Notes: a model not told the origin generated them from the letters alone. A DNA stretch of 64,000 nt from Halothiobacillaceae bacterium UBA5861 (GCA_002432635.1 DJFX01000012.1:112-64111), one strand, 5' to 3'; numbered from the stretch's first letter, positions 48,631-59,434 are shown. Made by a program: numbers and translations.

Positions 48631-49266
48631 TCAGCTCAGGCTGTCCAATAAGGCTTTTTCCCGCGCTTGTGCCCGCTGTAAGGCCGGGCGTGCTTTGCAG
48701 CGTTCAACGTAGGCCTGCAAGTTGCTCTGTTCAATCGGCTGTTTAGCCGACAGCCCCCAAAATAAGGTCTGGCCCATTAAAACGTCCACTGCTTGAAAGT
48801 CGCTGCCCAGGATATAGGGCTGCTCACCCAGTCCTTGGCTAAATAGCGACAGCGCGCGCTGGAATTCCCACTCAGCCGTGGGGAAGATCTCGGCCACCCG
48901 TTGTTCTTTGGGCAAGGCAAACTTGTGTTTGCCCCGCGTCCACAGAGGCTGCTCCAACTCACTCAGCACAAAGTAACACCACTGGTCATGCGTAGCACGG
49001 GCCAGTGTGCCAGCTGCTGGGATGAAACCTTTTTCGGCATATTTGTCTGCCAGAAAAGTCACAATCGCACCCGACTCCGTTATGAGCTGGCCCTCCACCC
49101 GCACGGCAGGTACCTTGCCACCGGGATTAAGCGCAAGGTAATCCGGCGAACGATGCTGGAGGGTGTTGAAGTTGATAAGCTGGTAGTCGTAGTCCAAATC
49201 CAGTTCTTCCAACAACCAGCTGATGCGCATGGCGCGGGTTTGAGGGAATCCGTACAGTGTGATCAT
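48631..49266 (-). CDS. Glutathione S-transferase family protein
   Basis: TRA.RISWLLEEL, NPGGKVP, ESGAI and RPA motifs. Confidence 0.92.
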   Translation of the reverse strand: MITLYGFPQTRAMRISWLLEELDLDYDYQLINFNTLQHRSPDYLALNPGGKVPAVRVEGQLITESGAIVTFLADKYAEKGFIPAAGTLARATHDQWCYFVLSELEQPLWTRGKHKFALPKEQRVAEIFPTAEWEFQRALSLFSQGLGEQPYILGSDFQAVDVLMGQTLFWGLSAKQPIEQSNLQAYVERCKARPALQRAQAREKALLDSLS

Positions 49267-49326
49267 GCTTCCTCCTTCATAACATCCGATCTTAGTTTAA
49301 ATGAGCCGCATGCCAGCCTGACCGGC

Positions 49327-49689
49327 TCAACCAAAACGCTCTTCAAGGTAGGCAATAATATCGCGGGATTCGTAAAGCCAGGTCGTTTGGCCGTTATCGT
49401 CAATTCTCAGACAGGGCGTTTGCAGTTTACCCCCCTGATTGATGAGGTCCTCCCGATGCGGAGAGGTCTGAGCGTCGCGTAGTTCAATCGGTACGTTCAG
49501 GTGATGCATGGCACGGCGCACCATGATGCAAAAGGGACAGGCAGTAAACTGATAAAGCGTGAGGTGCCTGGCTGCTTCGTTAACGCTGGCTTGTTCATCA
49601 GGGCTACGTGTTTTTTGTGCGGAACGGGTGAGGTGGTCAATTGCCATAATGATTCTTCCAAGGCCCTGTCGGGCTAATTTCAATAGCAT
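49327..49689 (-). CDS. Glutaredoxin-like protein
   Basis: LYQFTACPFC, GGKLQTPCLRI and WLYES.DIIAYL motifs. Confidence 0.88.
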   Translation of the reverse strand: MLLKLARQGLGRIIMAIDHLTRSAQKTRSPDEQASVNEAARHLTLYQFTACPFCIMVRRAMHHLNVPIELRDAQTSPHREDLINQGGKLQTPCLRIDDNGQTTWLYESRDIIAYLEERFG

Positions 49690-49837
49690 GGATTATTTCT
49701 CTCGAGGTTATCTGTTGCGGTGGTGTGGGCAGGCCCAACCATTTTTACGGTTTGCATTATACACAGCACGTCGTGGGGCATGCTCGTTCTTGGTACTTGA
49801 TCCTGCCTGAACACCCGGCAGACGATTTTGTGTACAA

Positions 49838-49855
49838 CGTTCATCTTCCAGTAAC
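49838..49855 (+). promoter_or_regulatory. Possible Pho box upstream of the 5'-nucleotidase/phosphatase gene
   Basis: CGTTCAT-CTTC-CAGTAAC, two heptamers 11 bp apart. Confidence 0.45.
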
Positions 49856-49908
49856 AATCGGGCTGGATTATTTAAAGAGATCACATAATTCACCACCGAG
49901 GAAGGATA

Positions 49909-51906
49909 ATGATACCAACTAAAGAGATGCTCAAGCTCTCCTGCGCGGCTGTTCTTGCGCTGTTTTTGACGGCCTGTAGCGACGATGATGATGACGAAGT
50001 TTCCGATGAGGATCCCCAGACCTTCACCCTGCAACTGCTGCATATGGCCGATGCCGATGGCGGTGGTGATGTGGTGGGCAACGTGCCACGCTTTTCCGCG
50101 ATTTTAGAGAAATTCCGCAACGAATACCCGGACAATACCTTGGTGCTGTCCTCGGGTGACAACTACATCCCCGGCCCCTTGTATTCTGCCAGTGATGACG
50201 ACAGCATGGCCAATTTGTTGGGCGTGCCGTCTGCGGGTCGCGGTGACATCCTCCTCCTCAATGCGATGGGCGTACAGGCCAGTGCCTTCGGTAACCATGA
50301 GTTCGACAATGGCCCGGATGAGATCGCCACTTTGCTTGCCGCCGAGGGTGATTATCCTGGCGCCGCTTTTCCCTACCTGTCGACGAACCTGGACTTTTCC
50401 GCCGATGCGGATCTCGGCCCACTGGTGGGCACCAACGGCGCGATCGCGTCGACAATGCCCGGCAAGATTGCCGGTTATGTGACGGTTGATGTCGACGGCG
50501 AGTCCATCGGTGTCGTCGGCGCGACCACCCCCACACTGGCGTCCATTTCCTCGCCGGGTTCTGACATCGTAATCAGCCCTGCTGATGCCACGGATCTCGA
50601 CGCCCTCGCGGCGGAAATCCAGCTAGCCGTGGATGCCCTGACAGCAGCCGGCATCAACAAAGTGGTTTTGCTCGCGCACATGCAACAAATCGCCATCGAA
50701 AAAGCCCTCGCTGAAAAGCTGAGTGATGTGGACATCATCGTCGCCGGTGGTTCCAACACTCTACTGGCGGACAATACCGATCGCTTGCGCATCGATGACA
50801 CCGCGGCGGATACGTATCCGCTGTGGAAAACCTCCGCAACGAACCAACCCGTTGCCATCGTCAATACCGATGGCGATTACAAATACCTGGGGCGTTTAGT
50901 GGTGGCATTTGATGCGAACGGCGTGGTGATCGACTCCAGTGTCGACGAGGCCATCAGCGGCGCCTACGCCACCGATGAGCAAGGGCTGATCGAAAATAAC
51001 CTGTCTTACGCCGATGCCAATGCCGAAGTGGCCGTGCTGGCTTACGCCCTGGGTGATGTGCTGTTAACGCGCGAAGGCAATACCTTCGGCCAAACCACGG
51101 TTTATCTCAATGGCATCCGCGGCAGCGTGCGCACCGAAGAGACCAATCTCGGCAACCTCACCGCCGACGCCAACCTGTGGTATGCCCAGCAAAGCGACAC
51201 CACCGTGGCCGTATCGCTGAAAAACGGCGGCGGTATCCGCGCAGCCATTGGCGCGACGGAAGTACCCGCAGGCTCGACGGACCCTAACGACACAGTTTAC
51301 CTGCCACCCAAAGCGATCCCTGCAGCTGGTAAGGAAGAAGGCCAGATTTCCCAGTTCGACATCCAGAACTCACTGCGATTCAACAACAGCCTGACCATGC
51401 TTACCGTCACCGCGCAGGAATTACACGCCATTGTGGAACACGCCGTCGCGGCCACAGCCGATGGCGCCACGCCAGGGCAATTCCCACAGATTTCCGGCAT
51501 GGCATTCAGTTTTGACCCCAGCTTGACCGCTGGTTCACGTGTTCGCTCGCTGATCGTGCACGACAGCAACGGCGCAGAGGCGGGCGAAACGGCTGACGTG
51601 ATTGTTCAGGACGGCACGCTGCAGGGCGACCCCAACCGCACATTTCGCATGGTGACATTGGGTTTTCTCGCCGGCGGTGGTGACGGCTATCCCTTCCCCG
51701 CGACTGGCCTGGTTGACCTGGAAATGGAAGGCGTACAAAGCGGCGACGCCACCTTTGCCGACGACGGCACCGAGCAGGACGCACTGGCGGAATACCTGCT
51801 CATGCAATTCCCCGACGCCAGCCCCTTCAGCGCGGCCGATACCCCCATGGCGGAAGACACCCGCATTCAGAACCTCTCAGCCCGAAGTGATACCGTGCTC
51901 CCCTAA
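49909..51906 (+). CDS. Lipoprotein metallophosphatase / 5'-nucleotidase
   Basis: LTAC lipobox; LQLLHMAD, SSGDNY, FGNHEFD, LAHM, ETNLGNLTADA, NGGGIRA and FLAGGGDGY motifs. Confidence 0.9.
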   Translation: MIPTKEMLKLSCAAVLALFLTACSDDDDDEVSDEDPQTFTLQLLHMADADGGGDVVGNVPRFSAILEKFRNEYPDNTLVLSSGDNYIPGPLYSASDDDSMANLLGVPSAGRGDILLLNAMGVQASAFGNHEFDNGPDEIATLLAAEGDYPGAAFPYLSTNLDFSADADLGPLVGTNGAIASTMPGKIAGYVTVDVDGESIGVVGATTPTLASISSPGSDIVISPADATDLDALAAEIQLAVDALTAAGINKVVLLAHMQQIAIEKALAEKLSDVDIIVAGGSNTLLADNTDRLRIDDTAADTYPLWKTSATNQPVAIVNTDGDYKYLGRLVVAFDANGVVIDSSVDEAISGAYATDEQGLIENNLSYADANAEVAVLAYALGDVLLTREGNTFGQTTVYLNGIRGSVRTEETNLGNLTADANLWYAQQSDTTVAVSLKNGGGIRAAIGATEVPAGSTDPNDTVYLPPKAIPAAGKEEGQISQFDIQNSLRFNNSLTMLTVTAQELHAIVEHAVAATADGATPGQFPQISGMAFSFDPSLTAGSRVRSLIVHDSNGAEAGETADVIVQDGTLQGDPNRTFRMVTLGFLAGGGDGYPFPATGLVDLEMEGVQSGDATFADDGTEQDALAEYLLMQFPDASPFSAADTPMAEDTRIQNLSARSDTVLP

Positions 51907-51936
51907 AGCGGCATAATGTCATTCGGCTTCCTTATT

Positions 51937-51969
51937 GCGCCTGGTATCCTGCCAGGCGCTTTTCTTTTA
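51937..51969 (+). terminator. Rho-independent terminator
   Basis: GCGCCTGG-N7-CCAGGCGC followed by TTTTCTTTT. Confidence 0.8.
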
Positions 51970-52205
51970 GCCTTAATCGGAAAGATACGGGGTATTTTCT
52001 CGATAATCGATTGTTTGATTATCCCAATACGCTGCAAGGTTCACGTACAAAGTTCTCGAAAACCTCTATAAATAGCAGAGGCTTATCTGTATGAGGCGAT
52101 TTTCTCCAAGCGCGCTGAATGGGTTCCCATGCAGAGACGCAAGATATCAGCGGGACCCTGCCAGGCTTTAAGGTGCCTTGGTGTGCTGTCGCCTGATCGA
52201 CCACA

Positions 52206-53357
52206 ATGAACTTCTTCAAAAACGACAAGGTTTTGCTTCCTATGCCTGAAAAAAAACGCATTGTTATTCTGATCGACAACTTGAGTGTCGGTGGTGCTCA
52301 ACGGCAGGTCATTGAATATTTAAAAGGCGCATCCCACGACCGCTTTGACTTTCATCTCGTGAATCTGGATGCCACGATCAAAACGCTGGCCCCCCAGATT
52401 GAGGCACTCAATATCCCGATTCATCACATTGAGCACAGTGGCTTCTTTAACATGAAAACGCTCAAAACGCTGGTGAAGCTGTTCAGAGACATCCAGCCAG
52501 ACCTTGTCCAAACCTATTTATTCACATCCGATACGTATGGCCGTTTAGCCGCCAAGCTGGCTGGAAGACCGAAAGTGATCTGCTCAATTCGCGGGATGGA
52601 CCCGTGGAAAAAAAAGCATCACTTTTGGGTAGACAAAATTTTGTTGAAAGTGACGGATGTCGTCATTGTGAATGCTGGCAATGTCATCCCGCACTTGAAA
52701 AAAGTTTGGGGTATTCATGAAAACAAAGTGAAGACTATTCACAATGGAATGGACATCAGCCGTTTCGATCATTTTCGTCCGGCCGATGAAGTGAGGGCTG
52801 AATTTGGCATTCCGGCCGATGCCATGGTCATTGGCATGGTGGGGCGCTACACGTTCGAAAAAGATCACGAGTCCATGATTGAATCTATGGCTCAACTGCA
52901 GAACCAAGGCCACGATGTTTACTTTCTGGCGATGGGGTATGGCAACAAACACGAGAAGTTGCAGACCATGATTCACGAGTATCAACTGGACGATCGCTTC
53001 ATTTTAACCGGCCAGCGCACCGACGCGCCGGATTTGATCCATGCCATGGATATCTGTGTGTTGGCCAGTCACTCGGAAGGCTGTCCGAATGTCATTCTGG
53101 AATATATGGCCTGTCACAAACCAGTTGTGGCCAGTGATGTAGGCGGATGCGCGGAACTGGTTGTTGACGGTGAAACGGGGTTCATCGTCCCGGATGCCGC
53201 AGTTGAGCAATTTACCGATTGCTTTCGTAAATTGCTTCAGGATGCTTCTCTACGGACCACCCTGGGCCGCGCCGGGAAAGCCCGACTGGACAATGAATTC
53301 ACAACAGCAAAACTGGTTGAAAAGACTGAAGCGTTATTCACAGAATTACTGGCTTAA
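52206..53357 (+). CDS. GT4 glycosyltransferase
   Basis: GGAQRQ, IHNG, VGR...EKDH, SEGCPNVILEYMA, SDVGG and DGETG motifs. Confidence 0.92.
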   Translation: MNFFKNDKVLLPMPEKKRIVILIDNLSVGGAQRQVIEYLKGASHDRFDFHLVNLDATIKTLAPQIEALNIPIHHIEHSGFFNMKTLKTLVKLFRDIQPDLVQTYLFTSDTYGRLAAKLAGRPKVICSIRGMDPWKKKHHFWVDKILLKVTDVVIVNAGNVIPHLKKVWGIHENKVKTIHNGMDISRFDHFRPADEVRAEFGIPADAMVIGMVGRYTFEKDHESMIESMAQLQNQGHDVYFLAMGYGNKHEKLQTMIHEYQLDDRFILTGQRTDAPDLIHAMDICVLASHSEGCPNVILEYMACHKPVVASDVGGCAELVVDGETGFIVPDAAVEQFTDCFRKLLQDASLRTTLGRAGKARLDNEFTTAKLVEKTEALFTELLA

Positions 53358-53487
53358 ATCGTTCCCACTCGGTTGCGCCCACAAACGTTCAAGGGGCGGG
53401 TAGTATTTTATTCGTACACGGCATAAGCTAATACACGCCGCCATTGGGCAAAATAATAATTATCAGGTAAGACGGGTTGGGATTGTC

Positions 53488-54888
53488 ATGAATAAAGGGC
53501 GGGCTCTTTCAGGCTTTGCATTGGCTTGTGTTGCGATTGCAACATTGATTGATCAGCTTTCGGGGGGTTTACCCATTGTCTACCACGTCGCCAATGCGGC
53601 CATGCTGGTCTATGTGGCGCTTGAAATTTGGCCCAGCCCGATGATGACGAAAGTCATGATTGCCTTTGCTATCGTGCTGGCAGTGTTGCTCTGGCCACAT
53701 ATGACGTCGCCGTGGACCGTTGTCGAGGAGGGCATCGCCTTCGGGGCCTTTTTGAGTACGTTCTTTGTCGCACTCGGTTTTGTACGCGCCGCTTCGGACA
53801 AGTCCAAACGCATCAAGCTTTCAGGCCGACACCTGCTCACGCAGCCCCCTTCAAGGCGCTACCTCGCCTTAACGGTGGGCAGTAATCTTTTTGGATTGAT
53901 TTTAAGCATTGGCGTTTTGAACCTCTTGGGCTCAATGGTCAAAAAGAGCAACACGCTTGCCTCTGTTGGCGGCAGTGTCCAAACCTTGAAAACCCGAGAA
54001 CGGCGTTCTTTGATGGCAATCCAGCGTGGCTTTTCGATGGTCCCGGCCTGGTCACCGCTGTCGATTTCGGTACCGATTGTTCTGTTGGCGATCCCAAGCC
54101 TGTCGTGGGAACAGCTTGTGCCTGCTGCACTGGCGGCGGTGATTCTACTTTTGCTGTTGGGCTGGCTGGATGATCGCATCACCTTCCGGGGGCGCGTCGC
54201 TCCGCCTTATCAAAGTGATGGCCCACCACTGAACTGGTCGGTGCACTTGCCATTCCTGTTACTCATTGCCGCTATTTTTGGCTCCTCAGTATTGATGGAG
54301 AAAACCCTAGAGACTCGCATGGTGGTCGGCATGATGACCTGTGCCCCGATTGCCGCTTTGGTCTGGATGTTGATGCAGTCATACCCATTGGGTTGGAAGC
54401 TGGGTTGCGCCTGGATGCGCAAGCGCCTCATCACTCAAATGACAGAGACTTTCCCTCGCTATCGAATCGAAATCATTGTGATGTTCAGCGCCGGGTTTTA
54501 TGGGGTTTTGATCAAAGAGACCTTGCCACCCACGTTGATCGCAGATGCCATCACTTACTTTGATATTTCGGTGGGGTGGCTACCTTTGCTGGTCTTTCTC
54601 TTGATTATTGTCATGGCCAATTTGACCCTGCACCCAATGTTGTCTGTGATTATTCTCAGCACGGCTATGCCCGCGCCGGAGTCTTTGGGCATCTCGCCCA
54701 TTTCCATGGGTCTGGCCTATCTTTCCGGGTGGGGTGTCGGGGTCAGTACTTCGCCCTACACCATCTGTAATCTGATTGTGGCCCAGGTGGCGGGCAAAAC
54801 CGCTCATCAAGTGGCTTACCAGTGGAATGGCCGTTATATTCTGGCTTGCACATTACTGGGTGGTATTGGGCTCTACTTACTGGCCTGA
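53488..54888 (+). CDS. Polytopic membrane protein, probable secondary transporter (IT superfamily-like)
   Basis: 12 or more TM segments; RGFSMVPAWSP motif. Confidence 0.65.
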   Translation: MNKGRALSGFALACVAIATLIDQLSGGLPIVYHVANAAMLVYVALEIWPSPMMTKVMIAFAIVLAVLLWPHMTSPWTVVEEGIAFGAFLSTFFVALGFVRAASDKSKRIKLSGRHLLTQPPSRRYLALTVGSNLFGLILSIGVLNLLGSMVKKSNTLASVGGSVQTLKTRERRSLMAIQRGFSMVPAWSPLSISVPIVLLAIPSLSWEQLVPAALAAVILLLLLGWLDDRITFRGRVAPPYQSDGPPLNWSVHLPFLLLIAAIFGSSVLMEKTLETRMVVGMMTCAPIAALVWMLMQSYPLGWKLGCAWMRKRLITQMTETFPRYRIEIIVMFSAGFYGVLIKETLPPTLIADAITYFDISVGWLPLLVFLLIIVMANLTLHPMLSVIILSTAMPAPESLGISPISMGLAYLSGWGVGVSTSPYTICNLIVAQVAGKTAHQVAYQWNGRYILACTLLGGIGLYLLA

Positions 54889-54911
54889 AGCAGAGCCCAA
54901 TGTATATGCTG

Positions 54912-55646
54912 TTACCGGTTTTTCAACCAGTCTTCAAGGTCATCACATCCTCCAATTTTCTCACCGTTGATAAAGACTTGTGGGTAGGAGTCAGCTGCGG
55001 CCAGGGCCCGCAAACTACGGTAGGAATAATCCTGATTCAGTTCAAGCGCCTCATATTCAATTCCCCGCTCTGCCAAAAGTGCCTTGGCTTTTGCACAAAA
55101 GGGGCAACCCTCCCGGGTTAATAGAGTGACGTCCAGTGGTTTTTCTGCATCACCATATAAATATTCAAACAGGGTATCAGCATCTGAAACTTCAAATGGG
55201 TCGCCAGGCTGATCAGGCTCGATAAACATTTTCTCGATCACACCGTTACGCACCAGCATGGAGTACCGCCAGGAACGCTTGCCGAAACCAAGGTCGTCCT
55301 TATCCACCAATAAACCCATCCCTTCTGTGAAGGCTCCATTGCCATCAGCAATAAAGTGGATGTGTTCGGCGTGCTGCTCTTTCTGCCAGGCATTCATAAC
55401 AAAAGCATCGTTGACAGAAAGGCAGATAATGTCATCCACTCCGTGCGCTTTAAAGTAAGGCGCAAGCTGGTTGAAGCGCGGTACATGCGACGAGGAACAC
55501 GTCGGTGTAAATGCGCCGGGTAGTGAAAAAACAATCACGGTTTTGTTTGCGAAAAGTGCATCACTGGACCGTGATACCCAGTCATTACTCTCCCGCAAAC
55601 GGAACGTAACCGCGGGTACTTTTTGCCCTTCTTTGTTTGCTAACAT
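54912..55646 (-). CDS. Hybrid peroxiredoxin (Prx5)-glutaredoxin
   Basis: [18 protein letters not shown] and RSWRYSM, plus a C-terminal Grx domain with CPFC and PQVFI.G..IGG. Confidence 0.95.
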   Translation of the reverse strand: MLANKEGQKVPAVTFRLRESNDWVSRSSDALFANKTVIVFSLPGAFTPTCSSSHVPRFNQLAPYFKAHGVDDIICLSVNDAFVMNAWQKEQHAEHIHFIADGNGAFTEGMGLLVDKDDLGFGKRSWRYSMLVRNGVIEKMFIEPDQPGDPFEVSDADTLFEYLYGDAEKPLDVTLLTREGCPFCAKAKALLAERGIEYEALELNQDYSYRSLRALAAADSYPQVFINGEKIGGCDDLEDWLKNR

Positions 55647-55667
55647 GATTGATCTCCCAAGTCTTCT

Positions 55668-56135
55668 TTATTTCAACAAACTGCGTAGCATCCACGCATT
55701 TTTTTCATGGACTTGCATCCGCTGTGTCAGCAAGTCCGCCGTGGGTTCGTCACTGGCTTCATCGGCCAACGGGAAAATTCCCCGTGCGGTTCTGACAACC
55801 GCTTCCTGCCCTTCCACCAGCTGCTTGATCATTTCTTCTGCCGAAGGACTACCGGTGGCCTCTTCAATTGAGCTCAGTGCCGAAAACGCAGCATAAGAAC
55901 CCGGTGCCGGAAATCCAAGCGCCCGAATCCGCTCGGCAATCTCATCAACGGCTGTAGCAAGCTCGGTGTACTGATTTTCAAACATCAAGTGCAATGTATT
56001 GAACATGGGGCCGGTCACATTCCAGTGGTAGTTGTGTGTTTTTAGGTATAGGGTGTAGCTGTCGGCCAACAGGTGGCTTAAGCCCTTGGCAATCGCTTCA
56101 CGATTTTCTTCCGAAATACCGATATTAACCTTCAT
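55668..56135 (-). CDS. dps: DNA-binding ferritin-like protein Dps
   Basis: [21 protein letters not shown] and [11 protein letters not shown] motifs. Confidence 0.96.
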   Translation of the reverse strand: MKVNIGISEENREAIAKGLSHLLADSYTLYLKTHNYHWNVTGPMFNTLHLMFENQYTELATAVDEIAERIRALGFPAPGSYAAFSALSSIEEATGSPSAEEMIKQLVEGQEAVVRTARGIFPLADEASDEPTADLLTQRMQVHEKNAWMLRSLLK

Positions 56136-56356
56136 GGTGATCTCCTGTGTGGGTATGTTGTCTACGATAAAACACCCTCATGAGTTAATAAAACTGATTA
56201 AACTGATACAAATATTCATTTTTTTAGATCAAAAAAGTCAGATGATGTTGAATCGCACTTTCAATACCAATCAAGCGGGAATAAAAGGACCGAATCTGGC
56301 AATACCTCCGGCGGTTTAGTACAGTCGGCCTTTTTGGGCAACGCCCAAGGAAATTC

Positions 56357-57871
56357 ATGGACAACTACATCGAAAGAATCCTCTCGGCACGCGTCTATGA
56401 CGTTGCAATCGAGACCCCCCTGGAACATGCGCCTACACTATCCAAACGTCTGGGTAATGAGATCCTGCTGAAACGCGAAGATATGCAGTCTGTGTTTTCA
56501 TTCAAATGCCGTGGCGCTTATAACAAAATATTCAATACCTTGAAAAAACAGCCTGATTTACAAGGTGTCATCGCCGCGTCCGCAGGTAATCATGCGCAGG
56601 GAGTAGCCCAAGCCGCCGCGAAACTGGGCATTAAATCAATCATCGTGATGCCCAGAACAACACCGCAAATTAAAGTCAACGCCGTCAAAATGCTCGGCGG
56701 CAAAGCGGTTCTCTTCGGTGACACCTATGATGATGCCTATGCCCATGCCCGCCAATTGGAAGCTGAAAAAGGTTACAGCTTTATTCACCCCTTTGATGAT
56801 CCAGACACCATTGCCGGACAAGGCACGATCGGCCTGGAACTTTGCCGCCAACATCCGGATGATATACACGCAATTTTCATCCCGATCGGTGGTGGCGGGC
56901 TGGCTGCCGGTATTGCTGTGTTTATGAAGTATTTAAAACCAGAGACACGTATCATCGGCGTAGAACCTACTGACGCCAATGCCATGAATCGATCCTTGGC
57001 CGCAGGCCGGCGCATCACGTTGGATCAAGTGGGGTTGTTTGCCGATGGGGTCGCCGTCAAAAAAGTCGGAAAGAACTGTTTTGATTTGTGTCAACAGTAT
57101 GTGGACGACATTATTGAGGTCAATGTCGATGAAACCTGTGCCGCCATCAAAGATATCTTCGAGGATACCCGCACTCTGATGGAGCCGGCCGGCGCCATTA
57201 GTGTTGCCGGTATCAAAAAGTATGTTGAAAAAAATAACCTTCAAAAACAACAGCTGATTGCCATTACCAGTGGCGCGAATGTCAACTTTGACCGGCTTCG
57301 GCACATTGCTGAGCGTGCGGAAATCGGCGAAAATCGCGAAGCACTGCTGATGGCTGCTATTCCAGAACGCGTGGGCAGTTTCCGCCAGTTTTGTCAGGCT
57401 CTCGGAAAGCGGAATATTACGGAGTTCAACTACCGCTTTGCGAATAACGGTGAAGCACATATCTTTACTGGCGTTCAGTTACGGGGGGAACCGGACGAGC
57501 TGCCGGATCTACTCAAGCAATTAGAGCACAAAGGCTATGCGGTAACAGACCTGACTGGAGATGAAATGAGCAAATTGCATGTTCGCTATATGGTGGGCGG
57601 CCGTGCCACTGGCGTTTCTGACGAGCGCTTATTCCGATTCGAATTTCCAGAGCGGCCCGGAGCGCTTGCCGTATTCTTAAATACGTTGGGGCGTATGTGG
57701 AATATCAGCCTGTTTCACTACCGCAACCACGGGGCCGCTTACGGCCGTGTTCTGGCGGGTATTCAAGTCCCTGCTGAAGAAAGTTCGGCCTTTGAAGCCT
57801 CACTCAAACAACTGGGGTATGCCTACTGGGAGGAAACCCAAAACCCAGCTTATCAGGCCTTACTCAGATAA
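56357..57871 (+). CDS. ilvA: Biosynthetic threonine ammonia-lyase
   Basis: KREDMQSVFSFKCRGAYN, SAGNHAQG and C-terminal ACT regions (FPERPGAL, FHYRNHG). Confidence 0.97.
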   Translation: MDNYIERILSARVYDVAIETPLEHAPTLSKRLGNEILLKREDMQSVFSFKCRGAYNKIFNTLKKQPDLQGVIAASAGNHAQGVAQAAAKLGIKSIIVMPRTTPQIKVNAVKMLGGKAVLFGDTYDDAYAHARQLEAEKGYSFIHPFDDPDTIAGQGTIGLELCRQHPDDIHAIFIPIGGGGLAAGIAVFMKYLKPETRIIGVEPTDANAMNRSLAAGRRITLDQVGLFADGVAVKKVGKNCFDLCQQYVDDIIEVNVDETCAAIKDIFEDTRTLMEPAGAISVAGIKKYVEKNNLQKQQLIAITSGANVNFDRLRHIAERAEIGENREALLMAAIPERVGSFRQFCQALGKRNITEFNYRFANNGEAHIFTGVQLRGEPDELPDLLKQLEHKGYAVTDLTGDEMSKLHVRYMVGGRATGVSDERLFRFEFPERPGALAVFLNTLGRMWNISLFHYRNHGAAYGRVLAGIQVPAEESSAFEASLKQLGYAYWEETQNPAYQALLR

Positions 57872-58443
57872 GTGGCAGACTCGGTGATAACCCCATCCAA
57901 CGGCACATCCCAGGGTTCCCTGTGAACCCTGTCAACACACTGAAAATCGTGAGCAATACCGAGCAAGACCGGCCGACACTTCACATTTGAGGTTAACCGG
58001 AAAGCAAAACTGCGATCATAAAACCCTCCGCCCATACCAATTCGGTGGCCTTGTGGGTCAAAAGCAACCAGTGGCATGAGCACCAGATCCATATTTTGAC
58101 CAGAAAGTACGGCTGATGAGGAAACATCGGGCTCCGGCAAACCAAGGCGGTTCTTTTTTAAAGGGGTGCCCGGACGATACGGTGAGAAACGCAGTGCTTT
58201 GTTTTCAAGTACGGGCAAATAAACACTCTTATCTTTCCCCCAGGCATGTTCAATCACAGGGTCCAACGCCATCTCACCGTTCACGGCCCAGTAAACAGCC
58301 ATATGTTGAGCCGATTGGTACACATCCATAACGACCAACCGCTCGCACACAGCCTCGGCATGCTGCTGAAGCTCAGATGCGCTCAAATCAAGTCGCTTTG
58401 TGCGCATATGCTTACGCATCAGCGCCGGGCTCTGTGGGTGCAT
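57853..58443 (-). CDS. fau: 5-formyltetrahydrofolate cyclo-ligase
   Basis: PLVAFD..G.RIGMGGGFYDR and PWDVPLD motifs; downstream of ssrS as in other gammaproteobacteria. Confidence 0.95.
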   Translation of the reverse strand: MHPQSPALMRKHMRTKRLDLSASELQQHAEAVCERLVVMDVYQSAQHMAVYWAVNGEMALDPVIEHAWGKDKSVYLPVLENKALRFSPYRPGTPLKKNRLGLPEPDVSSSAVLSGQNMDLVLMPLVAFDPQGHRIGMGGGFYDRSFAFRLTSNVKCRPVLLGIAHDFQCVDRVHREPWDVPLDGVITESATYLSKA

Positions 58444-58489
58444 AAGTCATTACGGAAGAAGTTTAAGCCTGGAGCGGGGGAGGAGGACG

Positions 58490-58666
58490 CTCTCCACGCG
58501 TGCCGCCGTTACTTTTGACCTTGAACCAGTCGGTTCAGGTGGGAGCCAATGGCCTGTATCAGGCTTTCCGCTCGTAGCGGACTTGCACAACAACAGACTG
58601 CATCAAGCACCCGGGTTTCGATATTAGGCTCAAGAGTACCCCAGTAACTAGCAAACACCGCAGATT
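58490..58666 (-). ncRNA. ssrS: 6S RNA (boundaries approximate)
   Basis: Canonical position between zapA and fau; 5' CTGCGGTGTTTGC, CTTGAGCC, GTCCGC..GCGGAAAGCC, internal CTGAACC..GGTTCAAG hairpin and 3' GCGGCAC. Confidence 0.88.
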
Positions 58667-58688
58667 GCGCCCAAAACACAATACTCGG

Positions 58689-58982
58689 TTATTCTTTCAA
58701 TGCCTTCTGAACAATGGTACTGATTTCAGCGACCCGTGAAGACAGTGATGAAAGTGTCGACTGTTCACCTCGTAAAGTCAACAATTCGTGTGCGATATTT
58801 AACGCTGCTACAACAGCCAGCCGATCGGTACCTGCCACGCCCCCCCGTGCCCGCATTTCGCGCATTTTGTCGTCAAGATAACGTGCTGCAGCGATAAGGT
58901 CATTACGCTCCTCTTCCTTGCAAACAAGCTGATAATCACGGTCGAGTATTTGCACTTTGACCTGAATATTTTCTTCACTCAC
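58689..58982 (-). CDS. zapA: Cell division protein ZapA
   Basis: V.ILDRDY...C, AARYLD.KM and AVVAALNIAHELL motifs. Confidence 0.93.
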   Translation of the reverse strand: MSEENIQVKVQILDRDYQLVCKEEERNDLIAAARYLDDKMREMRARGGVAGTDRLAVVAALNIAHELLTLRGEQSTLSSLSSRVAEISTIVQKALKE

Positions 58983-59206
58983 CGCGGTATTTCCATAGCT
59001 TTCAAACGTACGATCATCGCTTCAATACGGCTCCTGGCTAGCTCATTTTTTTCAATCAAATCGGAACGCTCACGTGACAGTGACTGATTCTGCTCTTGTA
59101 ACGTTTGGTTGTCAGACTTTAAGCGTGCGCACAAATCCGCAAGCAGTTGAACCTCTTCTGCCAGCTGTTCAAGCTGTTGATCTGTTGATTTTGAAACACT
59201 TTCCAT
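58979..59206 (-). CDS. TIGR02449 family coiled-coil protein (ZapB-like)
   Basis: ER..LIEKNELARSRIEAMI.RLKAME; directly upstream of zapA. Confidence 0.88.
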   Translation of the reverse strand: MESVSKSTDQQLEQLAEEVQLLADLCARLKSDNQTLQEQNQSLSRERSDLIEKNELARSRIEAMIVRLKAMEIPR

Positions 59207-59434
59207 AACGCTTCCAATAGTAGGTGCCGATCCTAGTTGGGTCAATTAATTAGTTTAATACAACGCCCAACTGAAACCTGCATGATATTGATTAAACAAA
59301 TAATTTTTGCGAAATGCATCACCCATGCTGGAATGAATCCCAAACTTCCTTATACTTAGGCATTGTTTCGGACAAAAAACCAATCTATTGAGTATCGAGT
59401 CAATACTCGCCCAGACAGGCTTGCAAAATAATAT

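Noticed and set aside
53392..53407. ops/JUMPstart-like AGGGGCGGGTAG
   Set aside because: It has an extra G relative to GGCGGTAG, lies downstream of the glycosyltransferase and does not lead a long polysaccharide operon.
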